A stretch of DNA of 64,000 bases. Origin: Gammaproteobacteria bacterium. Its GTDB lineage: Bacteria; Pseudomonadota; Gammaproteobacteria; Ga0077536. The stretch is from contig CAXXLL010000003.1 in NCBI GenBank assembly GCA_963662545.2, positions 160,001 to 224,000 on the forward strand. The letters are read 5' to 3'. Positions 18,227 to 29,018 of the stretch are shown here, piece after piece (within the stretch, counting starts at the first letter, position 1; the number at the start of each line of letters is the position of its first letter). Under the pieces are notes generated by a model. That model searched no databases and had not been told where the DNA came from. It saw nothing but the letters and a program-made list of their open reading frames with translations. A program made the translations under genes and the position numbers.

Positions 18227-21200
18227 TCAAGCCGCCTGCCATGCAGCGGCGATCACGGGCTCAATTTCCACCGCAATGTAGCCAGGCAAACTCGGATCCG
18301 CGCTAGTCGGCGGATCGTAGACCGCCATCGCCTGCACTAGTTGGTCGACACCGGAAAGGCCGAGAAACTCGCTGCTCGACACCGATATTTTCTCGATGAC
18401 GTTCGACGTGCCCAGATACCAATCACTAATTACAATATTGTCGAGCGAACCGACCAGATCGATGACGAGGTCATCCCCCGTTTGGCTGAACCAGATGTCC
18501 TCTTTGTCGATGTCGAGGCTGGTGAATGCCAGCACGTCGGCGGACCCTCCAGTATCGAAAATTAAGTCCTGACCATCGTGTCGTGAAAACTTATAACGAT
18601 CGTTTCCGGCGCCTCCGCTGAGCGAATCGTCCCCCATGCCACCAATCAGGGTGTTCGCACGCCTTCCCGCCGTAATCACATCGTCTCCGGCAGATCCGAT
18701 TACGGTCGTACGATGTGACCCGGCGTCGATCAGCTCCACACCGATGAGCGTCGTCTCCGAGAAATCCAGTGTTGCCCGCCGCGACTGCGCCTGCAATACA
18801 TCGTAGCCGGCACCACCGTCGATCTCCTCGACTCGATCGTCGCCGCTAAACCGCGCAAAACTGATAACATCGTCTCCCGCGCTTCCCACGATACGGTCGT
18901 AACCGCCGCCGCCGTTGTAGACGTCCTTGCCGAGACCCGTGCCCCAGGCAAGAAATACGTCGTCTCCACCTTCACCCTTGAATACGTTGCGACCCGCACC
19001 GCCCGTAATGGTATCGGCACCCTGTGAGCCAATGATCTTCGTACGATGCGACCCGGCGTCGATCAGTTCCACACCGATGAGCATCGTCTCCGAGAAATCC
19101 AGTGTCGTCCGCCGCGACCGTGCCAGCAAGACGTCGTAGCCGGCTCCGGCGTCGATCTCCTCGACCCGTTTCTCGCGTTTAAACCTCGCAAAAGTGATGA
19201 CATCGTCGCCCGCGCTTCCGACGATGCGGTCATAGCCGGCGCCGCCGGTGTATACGTCCTTACCCAGACCCGCACCCTCGACAATGAACAAGTCGTCGCC
19301 GTCGCCCCCATCGATCGTGTCGTTTCCGGTATTACCGATCAGCACGTCGTCGCCCGCCAGGCCTGAAATCGAGTCGTTACCGCTGCCCCCATCGATGAAA
19401 TCGTCCCCCTGGGTGCCGACGAGGACATCATCCCCGCTCCCGCCGGTAATATCGACGCCGGCGTTCTCTACCGTATTGAGGATTAAAGCGCTCGATACCG
19501 TCGCGCCGATCGCGTCCGTTGCCGTGATCTCGACGGCAATGGAGCCGATGTCGGCGGCAGCGGGAGTGCCGCTGAAACCGCCCGTTGCTGTATCGAACAG
19601 CAACCACGCGGGCAGTGCGCCGCCGCCGACGAGGGTCGCCGTAAACGTCAGCGTGTCGTTCGGATCAAGATCGCTGAAATAGTCTGCACCAATAGAGGCC
19701 GAGAACGCCTGCGTTTCGGTCGCTTCGAATGTCGGTATAGGCGCGACCTCGGGTGCTCGGTTCGCGAGCTCGACGGCGTCAACAAGCGAGACGTTCGCGA
19801 ACAGAAATTCCTCGATACGGCTGCCGGGGTCGGCATACCAGTTTGTGACGCTGACCGTGCTGCCATCCGGTAGTGAGATCGCCAGATCGAGGCCGTCATT
19901 ATCGAAACTCAGGTCGGATTCGAAGATCCCGTTGCCCCAAGTGATGCGGTCCAGTCCGGCCACGTCCGTGATGGTGTCCAGCCCATCTCCAAATTGAAAT
20001 TCGTAGGTGTCATCTCCGCTCCCACCGGTGAGTTGATCATCTCCCGCGCCGCCGATCAGGCGATCATCCCCATCGTCGCCATCGAGCATGTCGTTGCCGA
20101 TGCCGCCAAACAGCGTATCGTTGCCGTTGTTACCGTCGATGACATCGTTGCCACCGAGCCCGAAGATCGTGCGGTCGTTATCGCCAGGCGCCGGATTGGT
20201 GATCACGACGTCGTCGATTACATCGTCGGCCTCAGTTCCGACAACGGCGCTAGAGTCCTGAGGCGCAACGTTCAAACTGAACGTATCCATAACGCCTGCA
20301 CCGACCTGGTCGGTCACCGTAACGGTTACCGTGAAGCCCCCGACATCAGTCGCTGACGGCGTGCCTGAAAATATGCCGCTGGTCGGATCGAAGTTTAGCC
20401 AGCCGGCTAGCGGAGCACCACTGTTCAGCACGGCCGAAAATCCGAGCGAATCCAGAGGATCCGCGTCGATGAACGTCGCGGATGACAGGGTGAACGAAAA
20501 AGCCTGGTCCTGCGTCGCGGATTGATCCGCTATCGGCGCGCTCAGCACCGGCGTCTGATTAACGGTAGCGACCGCATCAAGCGTACTGCCGTCGTCGAAC
20601 GCGAAGGTCTCGATACGGTTCGCGAGCCCATCGAACCAATTCTGAACGGTAATACTGCCGCCGCCTGTAAGTGTCAAAAGCAGATCGGTTCCTGATGGTG
20701 CGAACGACAGGTCCCCGGCAATGATACCCGGACCGAACTGGATGGTATCCGCGCCGCTCGAATCCACGACGAGGTCATCACCGTCCCCGGTGTTGTAGAA
20801 ATACGTGTCGTCACCAGCACCGCCATCGAGGACGTCGTCCCCGGCGAAACCCGTGATACGGTCGATGAGATTCGTACCGGTTAAGGTTTCGGATGACCCT
20901 GTGCCGTCGACATCGAAACCCTGTGCAACCAGTTCTTCGAATGTCAACACGGTCCCATCGTCGAACTGGAACGTGTTGATGTCGCGGTCACTGTTCAGTA
21001 CGTCCAGCGTATCGACACTTTCGAGATGAATCTCGGGTAGATCGCCGCCGAAGGTCAATATGATCGAGCCGGTACCGAGGGAAAAGCTCGAGCTGTTGTA
21101 TCCTGAGCCGAAGGTCGCCGTGTTCCCCGGGGTCCCCGGGCGTTGTGGATTGCTGACGCGAATTCTTGGGCTGCCACTCGCAGGGTTGAATACATAAATA

Positions 21201-24200
21201 TTGCCGCCAGAGGCCCCTGTTAGCGTGATGTTCGTCCCTGGACTGTAGACACCATTAAATCCACCGCTCGCTCCAATATTGACCTGGTTGGATCCCGAGC
21301 CCATGTGCACCGAGAAGGTCCCACCGACATGCAGGTTGATCGTGTCGTTGCCGCCGCCGGCGAATACATCCAGCGGCTGCGTGACCGTGATGACGTCGTC
21401 GTTCACGGAGCCCACGATCAACGTACCGCCAAAACCAGATACGCCGTGGATAATGAAACTTTCAGGGCCGCCGTTGGCAAAACTATCGGACCCGGCTCCT
21501 GCTGCTACGACGATATCTCCAAAACCGTCACCGTTGATATCGCCGGCAGCGCGTACAGCGGCAGTGACGTCCTCGCCCCCACCCGATTCGGATGTCTTTA
21601 CGAGAAACCCATTACTTCCGTCGAGGGCATCCAGTGCAATAAGGCCGCCATGTCCGTCAGAAGCACCGAACACCACTGCCGTGCGAGATGTCACGCCATC
21701 AAAAGAAAAGAGCTCCGTGCCAAGACCAATATCGTCGTTTCCATCGCCATTCACGTCACCGAGAACCGCAATCTGCTTACCAAATTGGTATCCAAAGCCT
21801 TCCGAAGAGAAAAACCCGTCCATGCGGTAGGCGTTGGACCCATCAAGGCTGGCCAACGACAGGGCCCCGGAAACCGACTGCGCGGCACCGAAGATCGCAT
21901 AGCCGCGGCCTCGGCCACCGAAGGTATTCGGGTCGGCATAATAGTAATCTCGAATACCGTCTCCATTGAAATCGCCGCCAGCAGTCGCGGTAATTGGTGC
22001 ACCGGCGTCGTCCAGCAGAGTCGGAACAAATCCGTCCTGCAACCCGTCGACCGGATCCGGTGTCGAGTACGATGAGGCAAGCGTGAGCGCGACAAAATCG
22101 ACGGTTGCCGAGAATACCGCCGTTTGACCAAGCAACACGCTGCCATTAATCGACGCATCAACTAATCCGTTCTCGTCGAAATCGCCGATGACGATTTCGG
22201 CATCACCGTTGCCAGACCCGGAGAAATTGCTAAGGACGAACCCATTGCTGCCATTTAGCGAACCCGCATTTAGCGTGGTGCCAAACCCTTGCGAATTACC
22301 GAATACGACCTTGCCGAAAGGGTCGTCGTTCGCGTCTCTCCCAGTAAGAAAGACGTCGTCCAAGCCGTCGTTGTTGATATCCCCGATCGACCACGGCCAA
22401 GGACCCTTGCTGGACGTTTGATTTACCCATGTGCCGTTCTGTCCATCGATGGTGGCCGGATCGAACAAAGGAACCTGACCACCACTGGCAGGCGGCAACA
22501 CGTCGATCACGAACGTATCCGTTACTATAAGACCGCTCTGGTCGGTCGCGGTTACGTCGATTTCGACGAACCCCGCGTCGACCTGCGCGGGCGTGCCGAA
22601 AAATAGCTGCGCGCCGGCGTTATACGACAACCACGGCGACAGCGCCGTACCGCCAGCCCCCTCGATCGTCAGCGTCAAAGTGTCGCCGAAGTCATCGTCG
22701 TGAAAGGCATCCGCCGGGAGGGTGAAAGAGAATCCGGCGCCGACCGTAGCGGCCTGATTCTGAATCGGGTTGAACACGTCCGGCGTATGCCGAATTAGCT
22801 GGTCAATTTCGAGGAAAGATAGATCGCTACCGTCGTCGAACACCATTCGGTTGAATGCGTTCTCCGTAAATGCAATCGTCGTGCCGCCCGCACTGAACGT
22901 CACCGTGCCGTTCGCTGCAACCGGATCGAGATCTGCAATCGTGGTTCCGACAGGGACGAATAAGGTGTTCTGACCGCTGAGATCCGTGAATGTGACCGTC
23001 GACACGGAGTCGCCAATGACGTAGAAATCGCGTCCCGCATCTCCATCGACGATTGCCCCATCCACATCAACGATGATGATGTCATCGCCGGCCAGCGCCC
23101 CCTCATCGGCCGCTTCACTTACCGCGGCAATCGTGCCGTAGCTCTCTGGCGTAACCGCCTGACCACCGCTCAGCACTGTCGTTCCGCTGATCACCTGATC
23201 GATGGATCCGACTGACCAGTTTCGGATCGTGAGCGAGTTCTCGACGTCGAAAGAAAAGGTGAGATCCGGCCCCGTTTGGGCCAACGGAACGGCAGCCAGG
23301 TCCGCCACGCCCTCAATGAATAGCCGATCGAACCCGTCGGCGTCATCGATGACGTCGTGGCCGTCGCCCAGACGATAAGTGTAGGTGTCGTCACCAGCTT
23401 CCCCGTCCATGAAGTCGACGCCGGTACCACCCGTGAGCATATCGTTGCCAGCGCCGCCGAAGAGGCTGTCGTTGCCGTCACCCCCGATCAATTGGTCGTC
23501 GCCGTCTTCGCCGTTGAGACTGTCATTGCCCGTGCCGCCGTGGAGCCGGTCGTTGCCGGTGCCGCCCAGCAGCGTATCGTTATCCGCACCCCCGCTCAGG
23601 GTATCGTCACCGCTCTCACCAAATAACTCGTCGTCCCCGGCACCTCCGTCCAGAATATCTACGCCGTTTTCGTCCGGTATCGGCGTGCCGAAGGTGTCGC
23701 CATAAAGAATGTCGTTGCCGCCGCCGCCGTTCAGGATGTCGTTTCCGAGCCAGCCGTAAAGAATATCGGAATCACCTTCACCGAAGAGGTGATCGTCCCC
23801 TTCCCCGCCACTAAGAAAATCGTCCCCACCACCACCATGCAAAATATCGTTGTCAGGCGGTGGTGGGTTTGCGCCAAAGAACACGTTGTCAAAAAAGACA
23901 TCGATCGTTCGACCGCCCGCATCGAGAATCGGTGTCGCCGTCCAGTTCCGATCCGGTGTCGCCGAAACATCAACACCGCCGAACATATAGTCATTGCCTT
24001 CTCCGCCAATCAGGACATCGTCGTCGCCCCCCCCCCGCAATAACGTCGGCACCCGATCCGCCATGGAGAACGTCTGTCCCGTCTCGACCCGACAGAAAAT
24101 CATTCCCCTCACCACCGTACTGTTGGTCGTCGCCCGCGTTCCCGACCACGATGTCGTCACCATCACCGGCGTCAACCAAGTCGCCCGATTCGCCCGCGAA

Positions 24201-26459
24201 CTGGCTAATCGAGCCAATGTCCAAAACTGATGTGCTGTTGATGTAATCGCTGCCATCGCCTCCGATAAAACGGTCCGAACCAAACGTGACACCCCTACCG
24301 CCGAACAGATCGTCGTCGCCGCCGAGACCCTCAATCTGATCGTCACCCGCCGTACCCGCGAGCTCACCGTTGTTTCCGATCGAGTCGTCTAGCTCTGTGC
24401 CAATGACCGGGTTAAGACCAGGAGGCGGTGGCGCGGAGGCCTCATCCAGAACGATGCCGTAGTCACCATTCTGGAAACCTTCGATTGGGTCTTGGAATCC
24501 CTCAATAAAAATACGAATGGGGGGCACGAATCCGAGTGCTACGATGCTGGCGTTATTGCCCTGGAGATAGATCGTCACGTTGCGGTCTTCGTTGCGATAG
24601 ACGTTGTCAGCAACCCGCTTGTAAACGTTTGTTAAAGTTAGCTGATTAGGTGCTGCTGCGCCGACGAAAATATGCGCCTGCCGGTCCGAGTCTACGATGA
24701 CGTCGCCGTCGCCAACGTAATATCGATCGCTTCCCGCACCCCCGAGCAAGCGATCAATTTTGCCGTCGTCGCTGTTAGCATTGTCGTTGGCAAACAGATC
24801 GTCCTGACCGTCATTGCCGTGCAACTCATCACCACCAGTTCCGCCAAAAACATCATCGGCACCGGCATTGCCCTCCAGATAGTCATCTGCGCCGAAACCA
24901 GAGATGACATCATCGCCTCCCCCGCTGAAAATATGATCAACGGACGATCCACCGTCGATTCCGGAATCGTTATCGCTCTCCTCCGATCCAAATATATATC
25001 TCGTATCGGGCGACGATACCTGGTGCGCTGCATCCGTCGAAATGGAAAAAGAAGAATCAATGTCGAAAAATTGTGAGCTCCCAAGTTCAAAGAATCGAAA
25101 TCTCGTTCGATCATCGAGCCCGCCCTTGATCTTCAGGGCTAGGAAATTGGCGCGATCGTCTAAGTATTGATCGCTGAAATTATCGAGATCGAGCTGTTCC
25201 TGCTCATTATGCGGTACATAAATGTCGTCGTTGCCAATGATAACAAACGGATTCAACTCGCGGAGTGCGTAGCGGTAGGCGACCTGCCCAAGCACGTTAG
25301 CTTTGATGGTTTCCACACCCATATTAACAATAGTAATTAGCTCCATCGGCAACATTGTCGGAATTGCATCGCTGATCACTGTCGAACTTTCGTAAAGTTG
25401 TTCGCGATCACCATCGCGCACAATGCTGGCACCACTATCTGGAAACAACGACCCGATCGCATTAACAATCGATTCGAGAGTGCTTGCTTTTACGGTGGAG
25501 CTTGCGCGGAATATATCTAGAACCTCTGGCAACTTGGTTTCTAGATTCTCATCGATCAGGCTCAGCAATTCGTAGACCGAAAGCGCGTCTGCGAATGCCA
25601 CTATGCTATGAGCATCTACGATCCCTTCGTTTTCAGTCTCACTGAAGAATAGGCTCTTCTCTCCTGGAACCTTGCCTATCGTATTGACTAAGTCGCCACC
25701 CGTTATTGCGTGATTTAGTTTTGATAAATTGAAAGAGAACCCAATGTCAGAAGATCCCTGAATCGCGATCTCTGCATCGCGAAGCTCATCAAACAACCAT
25801 TCGCTACTCGGCAACGTCCCCTCGATCGGATCAAACCCCGGCGCATTAAATGTGTGAACGCTAAGCGAGTCGTCCGGAGCCAGGCGCGAAAGTACAGTTG
25901 CCAGGTGACCACCTAGCGAATGCCCGGAAATCGCAAATCGTTCGCCGGCAAGGGCACCGTCTTCCTGAGTGGCGAACGAATTTATGGTGATTTCACCTAG
26001 CCCTTCATCGTACGAGAATCGAAGTACCGCATCTCCAACGGAGGCTTTCAAGCGAAGATAGTAGTTGTACATGTCGAGCGCTTGATCAATCGCAATACCG
26101 TCGCCAAAAATATCTGCGAAAACGGTCTGCAGGTCATCAATCGTGTCTAGAGGTGACAAAAGTTCCTTCTCAGCTCCCCGAATGACGAAGCTAATTTCGC
26201 CCGAGCCTCGATGCCTGAACACGGTTGCAGAGAATCCGCTTGGAGTATTCTCTAGTACATCGATGATTTCATAGCCTTTGCCGGGCAGTAATTTGTCGTT
26301 TCCGTCGACCCCGGCAAAAAATCGAGCTTGAGTTTCGCTCATACCTGCCTCGCGCAACGCACCTAGGTGTTCGACAATCGTCATTTCTTTGGTCAGATCC
26401 GCATACGCGGCGAGTGCGGTTTGGGCACCATCAGAATGCTTTGCGATCGAATTGGACAT
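18227..26459 (-). CDS. Giant RTX protein (~2743 aa if G9): N-terminal lipase-like domain, RTX Ca-binding repeats, cadherin-like domains, FG-GAP repeats; frameshifted at a G10 tract
   Basis: ORFs 23991..26459 and 18227..24367 join at C10 (24027-24036 on +); GHSLGG motif, many GGxGxD nonamers, LP.WL.FD..TG.FSGTP modules, GDINGDGFGD repeats, C-terminal VDQLVQAMA...AAAWQ secretion-signal-like tail. Confidence 0.88.
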
Positions 26460-26461
26460 CC

Positions 26462-27043
26462 TTAATCCCTCCTAATTTGCGCTTTGTTCGGCTGCACGAA
26501 AACCTGTTTCAAAAAATCGGCGAAATAAGGTCCCTTGGGGCAGTGAATCCCACTCACGTGCAATGCCGTGTTGTTATCAAGCCATCCACCGAAATAGAAA
26601 TAGATCGTATAGGTTCCCAATATTCGCTCTGATTCAATCTCAATAACTCGATGTTGCGTTTTCTCGATTCGGAAAGGACCAAACGGTGGATCTGCTTTGT
26701 GCCGTCGCGTCTGATAGCTTTCGTCAAGTTTTGATCCAACTTTGTTTCCCTTCTCATCGAGAAAGATCGGGCTGCCATCTTCCCGCCAGTGATCCGCAGG
26801 CAATTCCACCTGTTGCATAATCGCCGCGCCACCGTGAATCTTGCAGAGCGAGTAGAAATAAGCGCCCCCCAAAATCACATCCCATATCGGTATCAAGAAC
26901 ACGATGACTAGTCCGACAAGCCAGGTCTTCCATTTCGCATATTTGTGGCTCAATCGCCGCGCGGCAAACCAGACTGCGCTTACGCCAATAACTGCAATCG
27001 CAAGCAATACGAGTAAAGGTAAAGCGAAAACAAAAAATCCCAT
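26462..27043 (-). CDS. Membrane-anchored hypothetical protein, candidate immunity/accessory partner of the RTX lipase
   Basis: Two N-terminal TM helices plus a soluble domain with 2 Cys; stop codon lies 2 bp before the RTX ATG. Confidence 0.7.
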   Translation of the reverse strand: MGFFVFALPLLVLLAIAVIGVSAVWFAARRLSHKYAKWKTWLVGLVIVFLIPIWDVILGGAYFYSLCKIHGGAAIMQQVELPADHWREDGSPIFLDEKGNKVGSKLDESYQTRRHKADPPFGPFRIEKTQHRVIEIESERILGTYTIYFYFGGWLDNNTALHVSGIHCPKGPYFADFLKQVFVQPNKAQIRRD

Positions 27044-27234
27044 CCCAGATGGTTCCCTCTACTTCGATTGACTGGCCAGTTTCAGGATCCGGCTTTTCAT
27101 TGTGAACGCGGCACTCTCAATATTGATCGGCTTTGATAAACCTTAGGTGTCAACGAAGATCACCAAGCACTCTCGCGTAGTTGTCTCTGTGGTTAATCTT
27201 CCAGTCTTCGAAAGCGCATCGCCCGCAACTTCGA

Positions 27235-28548
27235 TCATCGCTCTGTCAACCCTTCATCCCGGTACCGCAACAAAGGTGTCATCAAAAACTCAATCACCCG
27301 CCGCTTACCCATGTTCACCTCCACCGTCACCGCCATCCCCGGCGTCAAATTCACCAGCTTGTCGTTCACCCACATCGTCGTCTTCGCCATGCTCACCTGC
27401 GCAAGATAAACCAGTCCAAGCTCTTCATTGGCCACCGCATCGGTAGACACCGTCTTGATTTCCCCGTCTATCGTCCCGTATTTAGTGAACGGAAACGTCT
27501 CAACCTTGATCTCCGCCGCCTGCCCTTCGCTCACGAAGCCCACATCCTTGTTAGGGATCCAAGCCTCGATATGCAACGCACCCTCATTCGGCACGATCAA
27601 CATGAGCTTTTCGGCCGGAATCACTACGCCACCGACGGTATTGATCGATAACTGCTGCACCGTCCCGTCGACCGATGCCGTGAGCCGGTATTCGCCGACT
27701 CGGGACTCGGCCTTACGGATCTCCTGCCCATAACTCGCTAGCCGCGTCTCAACGCCGGCAAGCTCGTCACGCCATTGGGCTTCGGTCTGCGCGAGGAGCG
27801 CCGCCACGCGCTGTTTCAAATTGGCCGCAGCCGCGTCACTCACGCCTAGCTGTGCGATGAACACCTCGCGCGCGCGTTCTTGTTCCACGCGCTCTTCCTC
27901 AAGCTCCAGCATGGTGGCGCGCGGCGCGAGCGACTGCTTTGCAAGCTTCTTGAGCGCCTGCGCCCGCTCGCTGATCAGAGGGAGGGTCGCGTCGAGCTGC
28001 TCGATGCGCTTCTCGACTGTTTGGCGCTCGGCGCGAATACGGCGGAGTTCGTCCAGAAGCGCGAGCCTTTGCGAATCCAAAGCGCGGAATTCCTTCTCGA
28101 TGCGCGTCAGCACTGAAACCGGGAGATCTTCGATAACAGGCGGATTGGTGCCCGTTTCGAGGCGTGCCAGTAAGGCTTCTAATCGCAGGCGATCGCGATC
28201 GAGGAAACGGCGTTCTTCGGTCAGACGCTCTAGATCGGCGCTGGCCTTGGTGTCTTCAAGTTCGATGAGTACGTCACCGGCCTTGACCCGTTGGCCTTCC
28301 TCGACGTGGATGGCGCGTACGATGGCCGTTTGGACCGGTTGGACGACCTTGACCCGACCCGACGGGACGATCTTGCCGTGAGCGATGCCGACGATGTCGA
28401 CGTGCCCCAAGGTGGCCCAAATGATAGTGATGACGAAGAAGGCCATGACGGACCAGAGAATCCAGCGCGCGATTAGAAGTGGGGGGGTGCGCTCTATTTC
28501 CAGGGCGGCGGGGAGGAATTCGTTTTCTGGGGGGCGGTTGCTCATCAC
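27235..28548 (-). CDS. hlyD: HlyD-family type I secretion membrane fusion protein
   Basis: EFLPAALEIERTP, GKIVPSGRVKVVQP, ETFPFTKYGTIDG and LTPGMAVTVEV...RRVIEFL motifs. Confidence 0.93.
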   Translation of the reverse strand: MMSNRPPENEFLPAALEIERTPPLLIARWILWSVMAFFVITIIWATLGHVDIVGIAHGKIVPSGRVKVVQPVQTAIVRAIHVEEGQRVKAGDVLIELEDTKASADLERLTEERRFLDRDRLRLEALLARLETGTNPPVIEDLPVSVLTRIEKEFRALDSQRLALLDELRRIRAERQTVEKRIEQLDATLPLISERAQALKKLAKQSLAPRATMLELEEERVEQERAREVFIAQLGVSDAAAANLKQRVAALLAQTEAQWRDELAGVETRLASYGQEIRKAESRVGEYRLTASVDGTVQQLSINTVGGVVIPAEKLMLIVPNEGALHIEAWIPNKDVGFVSEGQAAEIKVETFPFTKYGTIDGEIKTVSTDAVANEELGLVYLAQVSMAKTTMWVNDKLVNLTPGMAVTVEVNMGKRRVIEFLMTPLLRYRDEGLTER

Positions 28549-28586
28549 TTATTTACTACTAAGAACACTAAGAACACGGAGAACGT

Positions 28587-28992
28587 TTAAATTGATATTC
28601 GTTTTATGCCGTTTTTCATGGGGAGGGCGTGGAAGTTGAGTAACAGGCCGCGCTTGATGCGCAGAAGTTTTAAGTAAGTTAATGAGCTGGGCTGTGTGTA
28701 TAAGATCGAAATTTCTCACGGCCTTAACCTCGAGGACCAAGGCACCTTCAATGACGATATACGCGCGAAAACCAATGCCAAGGCGGACGCCTTTGTAATC
28801 CACATCAACAGGCACCTGCGATCTGAACTGCAAACCGCATGCCTCCAGTTCGAACGCAAGCGCGTTTTCATAAATTGCCCCCAGCAAACCCGGTCCCAAG
28901 GTCCGATTTATTTCAATCGCAATGCCGATGAGTCGATATACCAAACGTTCATCACCTGCCTTCACTCCAGGAACGATCCCTATTCCTTCCAT
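28587..28992 (-). pseudogene. GxxExxY (PD-(D/E)XK-like) protein, decayed, flanked by inverted repeats
   Basis: LGPGLLGAIYENAL, QVPVDVDYKG, LEVKAV and HTAQL; extra base near 28680, after which the other frame reads YLKLLRIKRGLLLNF...GIKRISI*. Confidence 0.82.
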
Positions 28993-29018
28993 TCTCCGTG
29001 CTCTTCGCGGTTAATGAA

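Noticed and set aside
24040-24367. N-terminus of the 2046-aa ORF as a real protein start
   Set aside because: It is an out-of-frame read of the upstream RTX part; RTX-like sequence begins only after the G tract
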